Of a DNA stretch of 64,000 nt, positions 26,487 to 41,237 are shown one piece after another. This stretch comes from Bugula neritina (taxonomy: Eukaryota > Animalia > Bryozoa): contig OZ037770.1 of the NCBI GenBank assembly GCA_964035545.1, positions 15,366,642 to 15,430,641 on the forward strand, in the 5' to 3' direction. Positions within the stretch are counted from its first letter, which is position 1, and each line of letters opens with the position of its first letter. The notes under the pieces were generated by a model, which searched no databases, had not been told where the DNA came from, and saw only the letters and a program-made list of their open reading frames with translations. A program made the translations under genes and the position numbers.

Positions 26487-27122
26487 GCACAGGGTTACAC
26501 CATTTAGCTTAATCTAAATACTATAATATACTAATAAATCATTTACATGTTTATACATGTTACCCTATGTATATATCATTGCCTTGTATCTTGTATATCT
26601 CACCGAATTGTTTATTGTTACTAGTAACTTAAACACTAATTTTAATATAATTAAGGATAATTCTTTGTGAATAAAAATTATCTTTCAAAACAAGTTGATT
26701 CATTTTGCTTCATTAAGTTTTTCCATTTGTTCATTTAAAGGAATACAGTTGCATGAGTAAAGTTTGTATGGTTAATTTTCAGCACGTTTTTTGTGCTTAA
26801 TTATCTTGTAAATATAAGTGTGTATAGCTTATGAAGAGTAGTGGTACCGAATACAGTACTTTACAAAATTTATATTTGTTCTTCAGAAACTTTTGACAAC
26901 TAAATATAACTCTAACTGTACTAGGACTCATACTTAGACTATGAGTAATAAATTTTGGCATAAAACTATCAATTCATTTTAAACGCAGACACAGTTATTG
27001 GCAGTGGTATTCAAGTCAATAATAAACTACATTAAAGCTGTGATTTATCTCTCAATTCAGTGATTACAAAACTGGTGATTCGCTACCCACAATGCAACTT
27101 CCAGACTTTAATGTAGCCATAG

Positions 27123-27313
<191 letters not shown>

Positions 27314-28166
27314 CATCAGATACAATATCCTATATGGTGACCATTTTTTCCAAACAAAACTAATGATACTGCTTGGTCATGCTTTTCTTTTACCACGAGG
27401 ATTGAAACTGATTGTTTTCCTGCACCGTCAAAGTTTGTGTAAAAGTTTTATCAGTTATATAATTATGTATAAAAGTTTCACCAAGCAGCAACAACTTTTC
27501 AGAATACCCGGCGCCATGAAACTATAGAAAAATATAATGTCCTTTATACTTTTATCTGTTAGTTTCTAGTACTGCGTGTATATATGTTATATATAGTCAC
27601 TTAATTATATTATAGCCAGTAATTTATAGCCAGTGCAGGTATAAAAATTATCTATAGTAAGCGCATGCAGGTAAAACTTTACCCATTATACTCTCTCATA
27701 TAAACTAAATCATGCATTTTTGTGTGAACAACATAATTCTAATAGAGGTGCTACGTTTATGGTTTGCACAAAAATATCAAGTTGAAAATAAATTTATAAA
27801 TGACTTTTCTAAATTGAAAATTTGCCTCAACATAAATCATTGTTTTCACCATTAATATAAACGTTATATATTCATGCATGACTGGAAAGAGCTGCATCGC
27901 AAAGCTATTTTTAAAATTACTTTTACTTAATGCTTTGTGTTTTGACTCAACTTACTATTTTTACAGATAAAAAATAATTTTCTTTTTTATGTAAACTTAC
28001 TATTTTTAAAAACAATTTGACAGTAATTGGTCTACAGGTATGTTGCTATATAAGAGTATATAAGTACAACTTCCTATCACCTACAACAGTACACGATTAT
28101 CAGACTACCTGAGCACAGAGTATATATTTACAGAGTATTATATTTTTTTATAAACTAAGAGCTATA

Positions 28167-28660
28167 ATGAAGTTTTCAATCTTCACAATTCTCTTGCTTG
28201 CAGCCATTTGCTTTTTGACAGCTAAAACAGGTAAGTGTTTACTGTATGCATGTATAAGTCGTATATTATATGCTTATTGCATCGAAATGCCTTAAAAACT
28301 TTACGGCGTATGGTACGGCATTGTGTGAACAGGGGGTATATATGCAATGACGTGACGGCCAAATTATAGTTCACATTATAAAATAAATTTGTTGAAACAA
28401 CAAAGTACTAGAGTTTATGTGTGTCTGTTATAGGGCAGGTTGCCCACCCACCCAGCCTAATGGGAAGAGATGGACAATCTGGTTATATAGAGATGGTACC
28501 CTCTGGCAGAGACGCTAATCAAGTGCAGAAACAGTACACATTCCTTAGAGGAACTGAAACAAGCAGTTTTGATAACAATTATATTTTAATTCTTGCAAAT
28601 AGCTTTGTGGATACAAAGGTTTTTAAGCGATTGAAATGTTGTAATTTTTTTATAAAGTAA
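28167..28660 (+). CDS. Secreted peptide of the Cys-free subfamily, frameshifted past the family stop; exons 28167-28230, 28434-28660
   Basis: MKFSIFTILLLAAICFLTAKT | GQVAHPPSLMGRDGQSGYIEMVPSGRDANQ...; the paralog terminus CAGAGACGCTAA is present out of frame at 28507-28518. Confidence 0.6.
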
Positions 28661-30211
28661 TAATTTATTACATTTATATTTTTACACCTCATATACCTCA
28701 AGTTTTAGTGCTGCAGAAAATTATAGTTTGACTGGCAATTAATTTTCTAAGTTTATAGTTTTGCATATTAAATAAATTAAAAAACTGCAATTCAACAAAT
28801 TTAAAATATCATTTTGTTGATAAATTATGAACTGCCAATTGTGTAAATATACTATATAAAGTTTAATTTGACAGATTTAATAAAATGTTTTAAAACTTAC
28901 ATATAATTTTATAATTTAACGTTCCACTTTAATTAGTTTATACTTAACATATATGCTACCATAGAGACCATAAAAGTTATACTAACTAATCTTAAAATTG
29001 TTTGCTTTCTTAAATTGTTGACTTAATATCTGATGAATTGTAAAATAAAACTATAGAAAATATGGAAGTTTTATTTCGCACCAATAAATTGCCCGTAAAC
29101 TGAAGTGGTGTATATCTTGCATAATTCCTTATATATTATATATTCACTCAACGTACGTGACACAACTATAAGCTTAAGTCACCTTGAACTGGTAGCTGCT
29201 ATTGTTTTGTCCAGTTAGCTGTGCCCTGTAACTACTATAAATCCCTCTGCGTAATCATTGTAATGGTAGCTTTTAATGTAGTGAGTAGACAGCTACAACT
29301 GTTAGAACTTTCCATATGCTGTTTCATTCAAATCTTTTCAGATTTCCACTCTGGACAATGCGATACCAATTAAAAGCCAACAAAGTTACCTTTTTAAACA
29401 GAGTTTGTATAGAAAGTGAATTAGCTGTATGTAGATTATAGCTATTGTCATGTTAGACAAATTTTTGACAGATTTTCGTACTGCAAAAGTTACAAATTAA
29501 TAATGATCAAAACATAACTAACTACAATAAACAAATACGTCATTCTGCAAAGATTTGAAAATATAGTCATTGATATTAGAATGTATAGTACTGTAATTAC
29601 ATAGCATGGCCCCTGTGCAGTATATACCTGTAATGTATGCTTGCGAATCCCAGCGAGTAGGGGGTAGAGGGAGGCAACATCAGTTTTATAAGTCTTTTTT
29701 AAAATAGGTACATGTAGCTAATAGTTATCAAATTCTAGGAGATTCTATGTTTATGATTTGCACAAAAATATAATCAATATGGCAATATATTTACAAAGTG
29801 TCTTTAAGCTGAAAATTTGCTACAACATAAATCATGCTTTTTACTATTAATATACTTTATATTCATGAATGACGGAAAAGTGACATCAAAGTTATTTTTT
29901 AATGTGTAATATAACGCTTAGAACTTTTAGGTCTAAAGGTAATAAAAATGTCAGCTTTTAAATATGCTACTTTGTTATTTAAGTAAATCTGCTATTTTTA
30001 AAAACAGATCAAAAATAATTCGTCTATATCAGTCTGATTTTAGAGTGAACTTACTATTTTTAAAAAAAAACTTAAAATAATTGGTCTAGATATACGTTTC
30101 TAGGAGTATATATAAATACGACTTCCAATCATTTACAGCACATCGTATTCAGACTACCTGAGCACAGAGTATATATTTACAGAGTATTATATTTTCTCTA
30201 AACCAAGTGCT

Positions 30212-30740
30212 ATGAAGTTTTCAATCTTCACAATTTTCTTGCTTGCAGCTATTTGCTTTTTGACAGCTAAAGCAGGTAAGTGTTTTATTAGATGTATAAA
30301 AAAGATATGCTGATAGAATTATCATGCATTATTGAAGGAGGTGTTAAACACTTTTATAAAACTTCATGCATCAGGAAAATTTGAAAATCTTCTTTCAGAT
30401 TTAAATATATGATTGACCCTTTTAATTAAAATATAGTTGTTGGCAATTAGTAGACCATGCATATATATGTTGTTGTTTTATGTAATATATTATTGGCACA
30501 TGCTAAAGTATCAGTTTTAAGAAGGAATAAAACTATTATAGCTTCTGCTGTATATTGAAAACTTTTACATATATGATGTAATATGGTCCTGTAATAGTTT
30601 GTATTATGAAATAGCTTTGTTAAGAGACAACCAAGTACTAAAAGTTATGTGTACCTTCAGGTCCGGCTAGATTCACAGCCAGCCTTTTAGGAAGAGATGG
30701 TAGACCCAGCAGTGCTGGTAGTCAATCGCAGAGACACTAG
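30212..30740 (+). CDS. Secreted Cys-free 26-aa peptide; exons 30212-30275, 30661-30740
   Basis: MKFSIFTIFLLAAICFLTAKA | GPARFTASLLGRDGRPSSAGSQSQRH*. Confidence 0.8.
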
Positions 30741-31299
30741 ATGCTGTCATTATATAAGTGCAGAAGATAGCGCAAGAAGTAAAACTCGCTGCTCTGAGAA
30801 CATTATTAAGAACATGTACATGATTTTGTAAATAAAAAATAAAGAGTGTTATGCAATTGAATTTTTGTAACCATTTATAAAGCTAACTTTTTTATTGCAT
30901 TAATATTTTACTTTTCATATCTCAAAGTTTAGTTTTGCAATTAAGTTAGCGGAAGTTATAGTTTTACAGGCAGCTAATTTTTCAAGTTTATAGCTTTAGT
31001 TATATTTAATAAATTAAAGAACTGCATTGTTCGTAAATTACAAACTTATTTATACAAATACTGTTAAAGATGCTAAAGTTTGATTTGACATCAATTAAAT
31101 ATATTATAAAATGATCTACTTTATTTTGCTTATATACTAAACATGCATCTAACAAACTATATAAAAGTTACTATATATAACATTAAAATTGATTGTTCTC
31201 TTATTGTTAAAATGACAATAGTAAATACGGAGGTAAAATTTGGCGCCAATAAGTAAATTATGCATAAACTAAAGTGACCTGCATCTGACTATATCTAGG

Positions 31300-31401
31300 C
31301 AAATAGCTGCAAATAGCTGTAAATAGCTGCAAATAGCTGCAAATAGCTGCAAATAGCTGCAAATAGCTGCAAATAGCTGCAAATAGCTGCAAATAGCTGC
31401 A
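31300..31401. repeat. (AAATAGCTGC)n, about 10 copies
   Basis: Directly visible. Confidence 0.95.
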
Positions 31402-31428
31402 AGCAAGAAAATTGTGAAGCTTAAAAAC

Positions 31429-31528
<100 letters not shown>

Positions 31529-32833
31529 TTTAGGCAAAAAAGATATAACTCTATGCTCATATAGGTAGTCTGCATGAATATTGCACTGGTGTTTAGTGCA
31601 CGGAAGTTGTACTTTTATACTCATGCATGCAACAACATAATTATATATAAATAAATGATTGTACAATTCAAAAATATTAAGTTGATTTTAATTAACCATT
31701 ATATATATCTGAAAAATAAGGTTTTTGGTTTCAAGCTTGCCAATATTATTTTGCCAAAAAAATGTTAAAAATAACTTTAACGCAGCATTTTCAATTATAA
31801 ATATCATTTTTTTCAAAAAAATTATTTTATACCCGAAAATGTGACTTTTTGTTGTGGAAACTGCTCAGTTTATGTTTGTATTGAGTTTAACATTCTACAA
31901 AAGCTCTTTACGAGAAATAACATAAACCTAATGCAATGGTAATATTTTCGTGCAACTCATAAATGTAAAATCTCTCGTAATGTTGTTTATAGAAGATGTA
32001 TGATTTAGTTTGTGGTACTACAAAAGGTTAAGTTTTATCTGCACTGACTGCAAGTACAATTTACCTGCCAACTATAAATTACAGACAATTTATAGGCGCT
32101 TATGGAAACTAACAGATAACATCCACATCTTAATACATATTACACACCAAGACGTTTGAAACTATGTTGCTGCTAGGCCAAACTTTTTTAAAAGAATAGT
32201 TAGAAAAGAATGGTAATAATCAGGATGTTTGAAAAGATTTAAAATCTTTTTAATTTTCAGGTTTAGACTGAATTTATGTACTATATATACACAAGATACT
32301 ATTTATATCAGAGTAGCATTTCTTTGAGGCTTATCATTTTTTGAAAGAACTCAATCTTATTATTGTGAGATTTTATTAAGTATATTATTTTGAGCTAAGA
32401 ATAATAAAATATGATATTTTTCTCACATACCCTGAAACCGATTGAGAAAAACATGTGACAGGACAAAAACAGATGAACCAAGAAGAACACAGACTACGAG
32501 TACAGCTGTACCAAAATACATTATGCCAACATTCTAGACTTTTCAAATGGCAATAAATCATACAAGTATATATACATTCAGTATGTGTACTGGTATAGTA
32601 CTGGTTTCAAGTGCATTTATACAGAGAAAAACAAAAATGGCAATAATTCGTAACAAATTGTCATCTTAGATGAAGGAATTGATGTGTGTTCTGGCTATAA
32701 GTCTACACATTAAACTACAATTAATACATGGTATAAGTATATGAATGAAAATTTCCAATACCCAACACCATCACACCACTCAGACTACAAAAATATCAGT
32801 TTTCATTTCATCATATCTTTTTAACAAATAAAG

Positions 32834-32898
32834 ATGAAGATTTCAATCTCAGCAGCGTTTTTTGTTTTCAGTGTTTTGTTTCTTGACAACAGAAGCAT
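32834..32898 (+). pseudogene. Dead signal exon (MKxSI..TTEA subfamily)
   Basis: +1 frameshift in a T run and donor GT->CT (gcat|ctaagt); intron runs into (CA)n; no exon 2. Confidence 0.8.
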
Positions 32899-32918
32899 CT
32901 AAGTATTGTTAACATTTA

Positions 32919-33507
<589 letters not shown>

Positions 33508-34389
33508 CACATCCTAATTCACTATCATTGTTGACCACTTTTACCAAAAAAGCAATTCTCTTGGTCATGCTTTTATTTTACCATTAATTAAAACTGGTTT
33601 TTTATAAATTTTTATCAACTGTCAAAATGTTTGTGAAAATTCTATTATTAAATGTAAACATAAATTTAGCCATGCAGCTGCACAAAATTTCCCGAAAACC
33701 TGGTGTGGAATTAGTGAAATACAATATGTTTATACTTCTATACATCTATTTGGTTCTAGTATTTTATACAGAGTTACTAATTAATATAGTCTGTAATTTA
33801 TAGTCACGCATGCAGGTAAAAAGTACCTATATATATAATAAGTGCAAGTGAAACTCTACCCATTATATACTCTCTCATAAACCAAATCTTGCATTTTCAT
33901 ATAAACAACATTCTAGGAGATTCTATGTTTATGATTTGCACAAACATATAATCAATATGGCAATATATTTATAGAGTGTCTTTAAGCTGAAAATTTGCTA
34001 CAGCACAAATCATACTTTTCACTATTAATATACTTTATATTCATGAATGACGGGAAAGTGACATCAAAGTTATTTTTTATGTGTAATAAAACGCTTAGAA
34101 CTTTTAGGTCTGAAGGTAATAAAAATGTCAGTTTTTAAATATGCTACTTTGTTATTTAAGTAATTCTGCTATTTTTAAAAACAGATCAAAAATAATTCGT
34201 ATATATCAGTCTGCTTTTAGAGTGAGCTTACTATTTTAAAAAATAACCTTAAAATAATTGGTCTAGATATACCTCGCTAAGAGTATATAAATACGACTTC
34301 CAATCACCTATAACAGTACACCATTTTCACACTACCTGAGCACAGAGTATATATTTACAGAGTATTATATTTTCTCTAAACCAAGAGCT

Positions 34390-35071
34390 ATGAAGTTTTC
34401 AAACTTCACAATTTTCTTGCTTGCAGCTATTTGCTTTTTGACAGCTAAAGCAGGTAAGTGTTTAGTGTGTTTTATACGCCTATATACATTTATTCACCGT
34501 AGAAACATGCCTTAAACACTTTCATATGATTTCATCAAAGAAATTTGAAATCCTTTTTTTAGATTTAAAGATGGCCGACTTTGATATAACTAAAATTTAG
34601 TTTTTAGCAATTAGTAGACCATGCATAACATGTTGTTGCTTTATGTAATATGTTATTGGCACATGTTAAAGTATATCAGTTTTGAAGAGAAGTTATAGAG
34701 TTATAGCTAGCTTATGTTGTATTGAAAACTTTTACGTATAGTTTATGATGTGCTGGTCAAAGTATTTGCATAATGAAAAAAATTTGCTAAGAGACAAACA
34801 AATGCTTGGAACTATTCTATAAGCAGCGTCAAGTTGGGGGTGACTGCGAGTGCATTTATAGTCTAAAATTCCAAGTTACAATTTCAAACTTAAGAGCCCC
34901 ACACTACTGCACTTATGCAGTCACCCCCAACTCGCAGCTGCTTATAGACCAATTCAAATATGCTAGAGCTTATGTGTATCTTTAGGTCGGGTGGGTGACT
35001 CACCAAGCCTTAGTGAATTAAGAAATGGAAGCCCTGGAAGAGATCGCTATAACTCCCGGCAGAGACGCTAA
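34390..35071 (+). CDS. Secreted Cys-free 28-aa peptide; exons 34390-34453, 34986-35071
   Basis: MKFSNFTIFLLAAICFLTAKA | GRVGDSPSLSELRNGSPGRDRYNSRQRR*. Confidence 0.8.
34806..34960. mobile_element. MITE-like intronic insertion with imperfect TIRs of about 38 bp
   Basis: CTATAAGCAGC..AGTTGGGGGTGACTGC..AGTGCA / TGCACT..GCAGTCACCCCCAACT..GCTGCTTATAG; absent from the paralogous intron of the 30212 gene. Confidence 0.75.
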
Positions 35072-35556
35072 ATGTTGTCATTCAACAAAGAAGAAGCAAA
35101 CATTTCAATTATATAGGAACTATGTAAAAAACAAGGGTTTGATAACTATTAAGTCATGCAATTGGCTTTGTGAATATGCATCAATGAGCATTTAAGGAAT
35201 TGAAATTTTGTGTTTTTTAAAGCTTACAATTTGTTATTGCATGCGTTTTTATTTTTGCTTCTCATGCCTCAAATTTTAGTGTTGCAATAAGTTGGCAAAG
35301 ACTACAGTTTTATTGGCAAGTTTTTTCCAAGTTTATAGTTTTAGTTATTTAATAGATTAAAAAACTGCAAGTCAACAAATTTTTAAATATTGTTTTGTCT
35401 ATAAATTATGAACTCATTTGTATAAAGATACCATATATATAAAGTTTAGTTTGACATATCTATTGAAATTTTATAAAATAATCTACTTTAATTTATAGCT
35501 TATACTGCATAACATACTACCAAACCATAAAAATTACTAATTAACATTAAAATTGT

Positions 35557-35642
35557 ATAATAGCAAATATCAATAATGCTAATATGAATAATGTTTCAAT
35601 TGAAACAGTATTCATATTAGCATTATTGATATTTGCTATTAT
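35557..35642. repeat. 86-bp palindrome with one mismatched pair, centre CAATTG
   Basis: Arms are reverse complements about 35599/35600. Confidence 0.9.
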
Positions 35643-35838
35643 TCATGATACTATACAACATATAGGCCAATATATATAGCTGCAAAGAATAAGAGCTACT
35701 TAATTTCTATATAGTAAAAGCAGCTGGTAGTTTTTAAATGCATCAATCAAATAAATTTAAAGACTATATGGTTATTCTTGTGGTAATTTAAGTTGCACCT
35801 ATTTCTTCTGTTTATATAGTATTGAATGCTAAATGTAG

Positions 35839-36001
35839 GCTGTATGAATCAGGCTGATTCTGATAGGCGGAAGTAGAACCTAACATAAATCCAGGTCGTG
35901 TTTGAAGGAGCTGCAGAAGAAATATCTGCACCAGGTGGAAATTCTGCTGCACTGATGGAAAGCAGCAAATCTGTGTTGATCCTACAGAAATTCTAAACTA
36001 G
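35839..36001 (+). pseudogene. Orphan decayed exon 2 (no signal exon)
   Basis: tgtag|GCMNQADSDRRK*; shifted frame gives SCRRNICTRWKFCCTDGKQQICVDPTEILN*; paralog of the 24282 exon. Confidence 0.75.
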
Positions 36002-36363
36002 AAATAAACCTGCAACTTCCCATATGTTATATATTATACTGTCTGTTTAATGTCAAAAATGGAACCAGTTACAATTTGCAGATATAAATTCCTATGGAGC
36101 ATTAATTTCATTAAATATATGAAGAAATTTTTGCCCTTGCAGCAGTAAAATTGTTTTATTAAAACAAAAAATAAAGGTTTTCATTAGGCAACCATCACTA
36201 CTATATTGTCCAATCAAATTACTTGGAGTGAATTGTACAAGTAATACATGGCAAAGATACACTTACGTGAAAAATCAGCTATAGCATAAAGTCTCCATGC
36301 ATATATAACTGATTACATACCAGTATTATAATAGTTACTTTAAGCAACACACCAAGAGCAAAC

Positions 36364-37124
36364 ATGAAGTTTACTATTTTCACTCTGCTTATATCTGTGC
36401 TGCTTTGTGTCTTCATTTCTGGTAAGCCTACAGACATTATAATTTTATTTAATACCGTTGTGTGTTCTTTATATTTCATAAGATGAAAAGGTAGAGCCTC
36501 TTTAATGAGCTATGCTAGCCATGTTCTCAAGTTCAAATCTATTTTATTTCTCTTATTGGAAACCTAACTCTGTAGAGGCTTTGCTCATTATATGCTTATT
36601 ACTATTTAAAAGTATGAAACTCTTAAATTATGCATTGTTATATATCGCTAAAAAGATTTTTTCAAGTATCTCACTCGGTCATTCTTTAGTGCCATAAAAC
36701 TTATAATATATTTAACTAATTTAATTAGAAGGTATTCAAGTACGTAGACACATAATATATAACTTAAGGGCTTTATTCAAAGTTATTTGAGCTATCCAAT
36801 CTATAAGCAAAGCTTTATTATAGTCACGGCCTTATCTTAATTATAATTAGACCTAAATATTTTATTATTCTTGTGAGTCTATACTACACTTATGTATACT
36901 GCAGAGTGTAGCAATGTTTTACTTCAGTTTAACTTCCTTAAACAGCATATTTCGTCAGCAAAAACTGCTTTTAATACAAGTGTTTGATTGTATGCTTTCT
37001 TCTTTCAGGGTCGGTTGGAGTCTGTCCGGCAGGAGTTTGTGCCTCTGACTGCACAAGTGATCTACCAAAATGCCTGAACGGTCTGGACTGCTGCTTCAGC
37101 ATCTGCGGCTACACCTGCATGTGA
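36364..37124 (+). CDS. Secreted compact WAP-domain peptide; exons 36364-36421, 37009-37124
   Basis: MKFTIFTLLISVLLCVFIS | GSVGVCPAGVCASDCTSDLPKCLNGLDCCFSICGYTCM*; 8 Cys. Confidence 0.87.
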
Positions 37125-37738
37125 CCACAACTCCAACATAAAAAGTCAAACTCTCTTAAATTAAATAAATGAACATTGCTTTAAAGTCTTTGTGTGAACG
37201 TGTAGAATTTTGACTATATCTGCGCTTTTATAAAAAAAGGATTTAGTTATAATAAATTTGTTCATCCATAAACAAGTCTAATTTGCACTTTTATAAATAG
37301 CAGGCTGCACAATATATCACGTACAGTACCCAATTGTGATACATTTGAAGTTAATAAACAACTTGGGCTATCACAGGTAAATGTGCAGCAAATGCACTTC
37401 TTATAGTAGCAAAACTAAAAATATTTAAACTATAAATAACATAAGTAAATAATTTACCTATATATTCTTTTGTTCTTCTCAAAATATATGTACTACAAAG
37501 TATTCTAGAACCAGTAGAAAATAAAATTTGAGATGTGATACAAATATTTACGCAGTTCATTGTTTAATCTCCGCTGCTTTAAATATAATACACATCTCAT
37601 GCTAGCTTTCTACATGTCTGCTAAGAAACAGCTTCATATAGCTGATAATTTCTGTTATATATAGCTCACAAAACTAATGATCTAATACCCATTTTTATAC
37701 AATATATAATATCACTTGTAGTTATAATATAAGTTTAA

Positions 37739-37833
37739 AAGTAGTGGCTATAATTAATTGGTATAAGCAACTGCAGTTGCTTACCAATTAATTATAGCCA
37801 CTACTTAAGTCTTAGCATGCTAAGACTTAAGTA
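37739..37833. repeat. Two overlapping palindromes (68 bp with a 2-nt bulge; 32 bp perfect)
   Basis: 37739-37806 centred on CTGCAG; 37802-37833 centred on GCATGC. Confidence 0.88.
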
Positions 37834-40377
37834 TAACTGTAATTCTGATGGTATGACTTGTCCTTGTGATAAGATTGTTTGCCTGTCTATATAGTTGTCT
37901 ACTTAGTTGAGTGTTGCAACTATATTAAAACAGTCTATTGCATTCCAGTCATATTACTTCATAAGTACATTAATTTTACCCTTAAAAATGAGACTTCAAA
38001 AATTTGGCACTTCTCTGTACTAAACGCAGTGAATGCAGCTGTTGTGTCTCGCATGGGAAATAGTTTGGCTACAGGTTGATTGATCATGATTGACTAGTGA
38101 GAACTAATACCTGGAAAAAGCTTTTACCATTTTGTTACATAATTTCATAGAGCAAAAACTCATATACATTAGCAGCTAAATTGTGAAAAATAGCTAAAGA
38201 CTAAAGCTTTCAAATATGTATAATACTAAATTAAGTAAAATGACTTATATAATATCCAATTTACTTCATTTCTATTGTTAGTGATCTTTTTCAAAGAATA
38301 ACTAATATTATTGATCACGCCTTTATGTTACCATCATATAAAGTTAAAGGTTTTTATGAAAACATTCTCTGTCCAAATTTGTAAAGCCCTGTTGGTATCA
38401 CGTTTAGAGCTATAGGAAGCTTTATACATCCGCATGGTGTGCAATAAGTTAAAAGATATAAAGTGTTAACTGTAACATTATATATCTGTTAGTTTCCAGT
38501 ATTATATTATATATACATGCAGATTCACTTGATATAGTCTGTAACTTATATAGTCAGCATCTATATAATATTTATAATGCGAGCACATGTACATTCCTCA
38601 ATACCTAATGGATTCTCATCACATAAATCATGCAATGATGTCTAATTGATATTTTAATATATTCTATAATATTAATGATAATATTCCGCAAAAGTATTAA
38701 CATATGGCATCAGTTTTTGTAAATTATTTTCATACTTGCTGAAAATCTTTCACAACATAAATCTTGCTTTAATTGTCATGCAATGTCAAAATTTCAAATT
38801 ATGCAAGGCTAAAAAAGTGCCTGAAATTTATATTTTTTATAACTGTTTTTATAAAATCTTGGCACTCTCAAAACTTGAAAGTAATAAAAATTTCATTTTT
38901 TCAAATGTGTCACCTTTATTTTAAAGGGAAATTGCTATTTTCAAAGGAATTTATAAGTAATTTGCATGGCCTATATGCATGTATGTTGCAATTATATTTT
39001 TCAAATTTATTGTAAAATTTTATAAAAGAAAAATATTCAGTGGCTCTGTATCACAGCCTATACTTTGTGTTGCTTACACCAATATTTAGATAATAAGAAT
39101 TTCTGTATTTATTTACAATAATTTATATTAAAGTGATATAACTGAATCAGTTTCTAATTCTACCTGAACTATAGCTAAAATAACTATCTGCAATATGTCA
39201 TGGAAACCACTTGACTAATAATTATATAATTTTCTTTCTGAATAATATTAATGAAACAAAGCTATAGCTCAGGTTTTGCTACTTTTCATAGAGTAGTATA
39301 GCTTGCTAAAGATTATGATGAATAAAGAATTATGCAGCATCACCCAAATTACTAAGAAATTAGTATAAAACATAAGAAAGCAAGCAAAAGTGGAGAAAAC
39401 CTCTCTTATTTAGTTGTATTTGTTAATATTTTCTTAGTTTAAGTCACGAAACTATATAATTATACAAATTAGTAGCCGACTTGTGAAAATAGCTATAGAA
39501 CTAGAGATATATATTATATAGAGTAATGACCCTATCTAGCTAATAGGAACTTTCTTTTGTCCCAAAAATATAATTATTTTCAACTATATATATTATAGTG
39601 TTCTTCTATGAAAAATAAAAGTCTAGCCATCATCAGAAGTAAATATTTTGGAGTTGCTTTCTTAGTGGATTATAATACAATTATGCTACTACAAACGTAA
39701 GTTGTGTTCTCCTGCTATTCCATCTTATAAAATCTAGGACTATTCCTAAATTGAGATTTACATGAGAATTCCATTTTCAAACTCTTAAAAGTAATATATT
39801 TTATGTTAATACTTTTTATGGAGATTCAAACTGAAAAATTGTCTTACAGTTATACCATGTTACAAATTTCCAATTCACAATTATAGGCACTACAGAAAAG
39901 CAAAAAATCAGACATTATAACCAAAGACTTCGCACTTTAAACACAAGTTAAAACAAAATCAAATTATAATGATTAAGATACCTGGTAAATTTTAATATCA
40001 GTTTTTAAATATATGTGCAAGTAAAACATTTTTGCATTTGGCATCAAAATTATGGATTGTAATTGTCGGGGCTAAATGCTTAATATAACTATTTTTGAAT
40101 AAAAATATTTCCGAAAAAACTGGTGAATAAATATTGAAAATAAATTTAGATCTTATTGGCCACCTATCAATTTTATGCATGTCCAATCACATTACCTGTA
40201 GCTGTAAATAGTTCACCATATGCATAAAGGCTCTTCTATACAGCTAGTATAAAGCTACCAGATCAAACTGCAGCACACTATTATACTAACTTGAGATCAG
40301 TATATATATACAACTATTCACACGGAGCTAAAAGCCAACTATCCACACGGATCGAGACCAAACATGAAGGACCAAAC

Positions 40378-41237
40378 ATGAAGTCTGTTGTTTTTACCCT
40401 GCTGATGCTTGTGTTTATTTGCTCTTTCACTTCTCAAGCTGGTACGTATGTTGTTAGACTGAATGCATATACTATTTTACGTATTATATATAGTATAGTA
40501 TTTTATATAGTGTTTTTTATATAAATAAAATTAATATTGTGCTCTTTAATAACATAATATACCAGCCGTTTATTTATTATATATGTATCATATGATATTT
40601 TATTATAGTTATTGAAATCTTAATTTCTGTACGATTTTCTCTCATTTTGTTCATCATTATATAACAATCAATATACGTTTTTTATCAGAAAGTTTTTTCA
40701 AATGTGTTACTTTTATATTTATTAAGTGTCAAATAAACAAAAATTTTAGAATTAATTTAGAAAGTGCATGCTGTAAGTGCGGTCCATTTTTATGCAACAT
40801 ATCATAGTGGCCGGTTTAATTAATGTAGCTTTAAGTTTTATGCTTCTTGCATGAAAATAGTAATTTGAAATACATGACTATAATGACTCCAATTTAAAGT
40901 TTAAAAAACCAGCATTTATTAAAAAGTCTTTTTGCTGTAGTTGCAGCACATTCTATATCAGATTTAAAAATAAAAAAAAGATGCTGCATATTTCGGCAAT
41001 TTTTTACCTGAATTCAACATTTTAAACAAATTTCTGCTATATTGTACCATGTAAATGTTTATAATACACAGACTTACTATAAGTTTAATCTTTTCTTTAG
41101 CTTACCATAGATCTCGATGTCCATCATCTAAAACAGGAACTTGTGCTATCGAATGTATCCGTGATAAGAGCTGCTCAGGACACAGGATCTGCTGCCATAA
41201 TGGCTGTGGGTATAGCTGCGTATCTCCCACTCGCTAA
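40378..41237 (+). CDS. Secreted single WAP-domain peptide; exons 40378-40441, 41101-41237
   Basis: MKSVVFTLLMLVFICSFTSQA | AYHRSRCPSSKTGTCAIECIRDKSCSGHRICCHNGCGYSCVSPTR*. Confidence 0.92.

Noticed and set aside
29200-29275. ccag followed by a few Cys codons, a possible relic exon
   Set aside because: No consistent family Cys spacing in any frame
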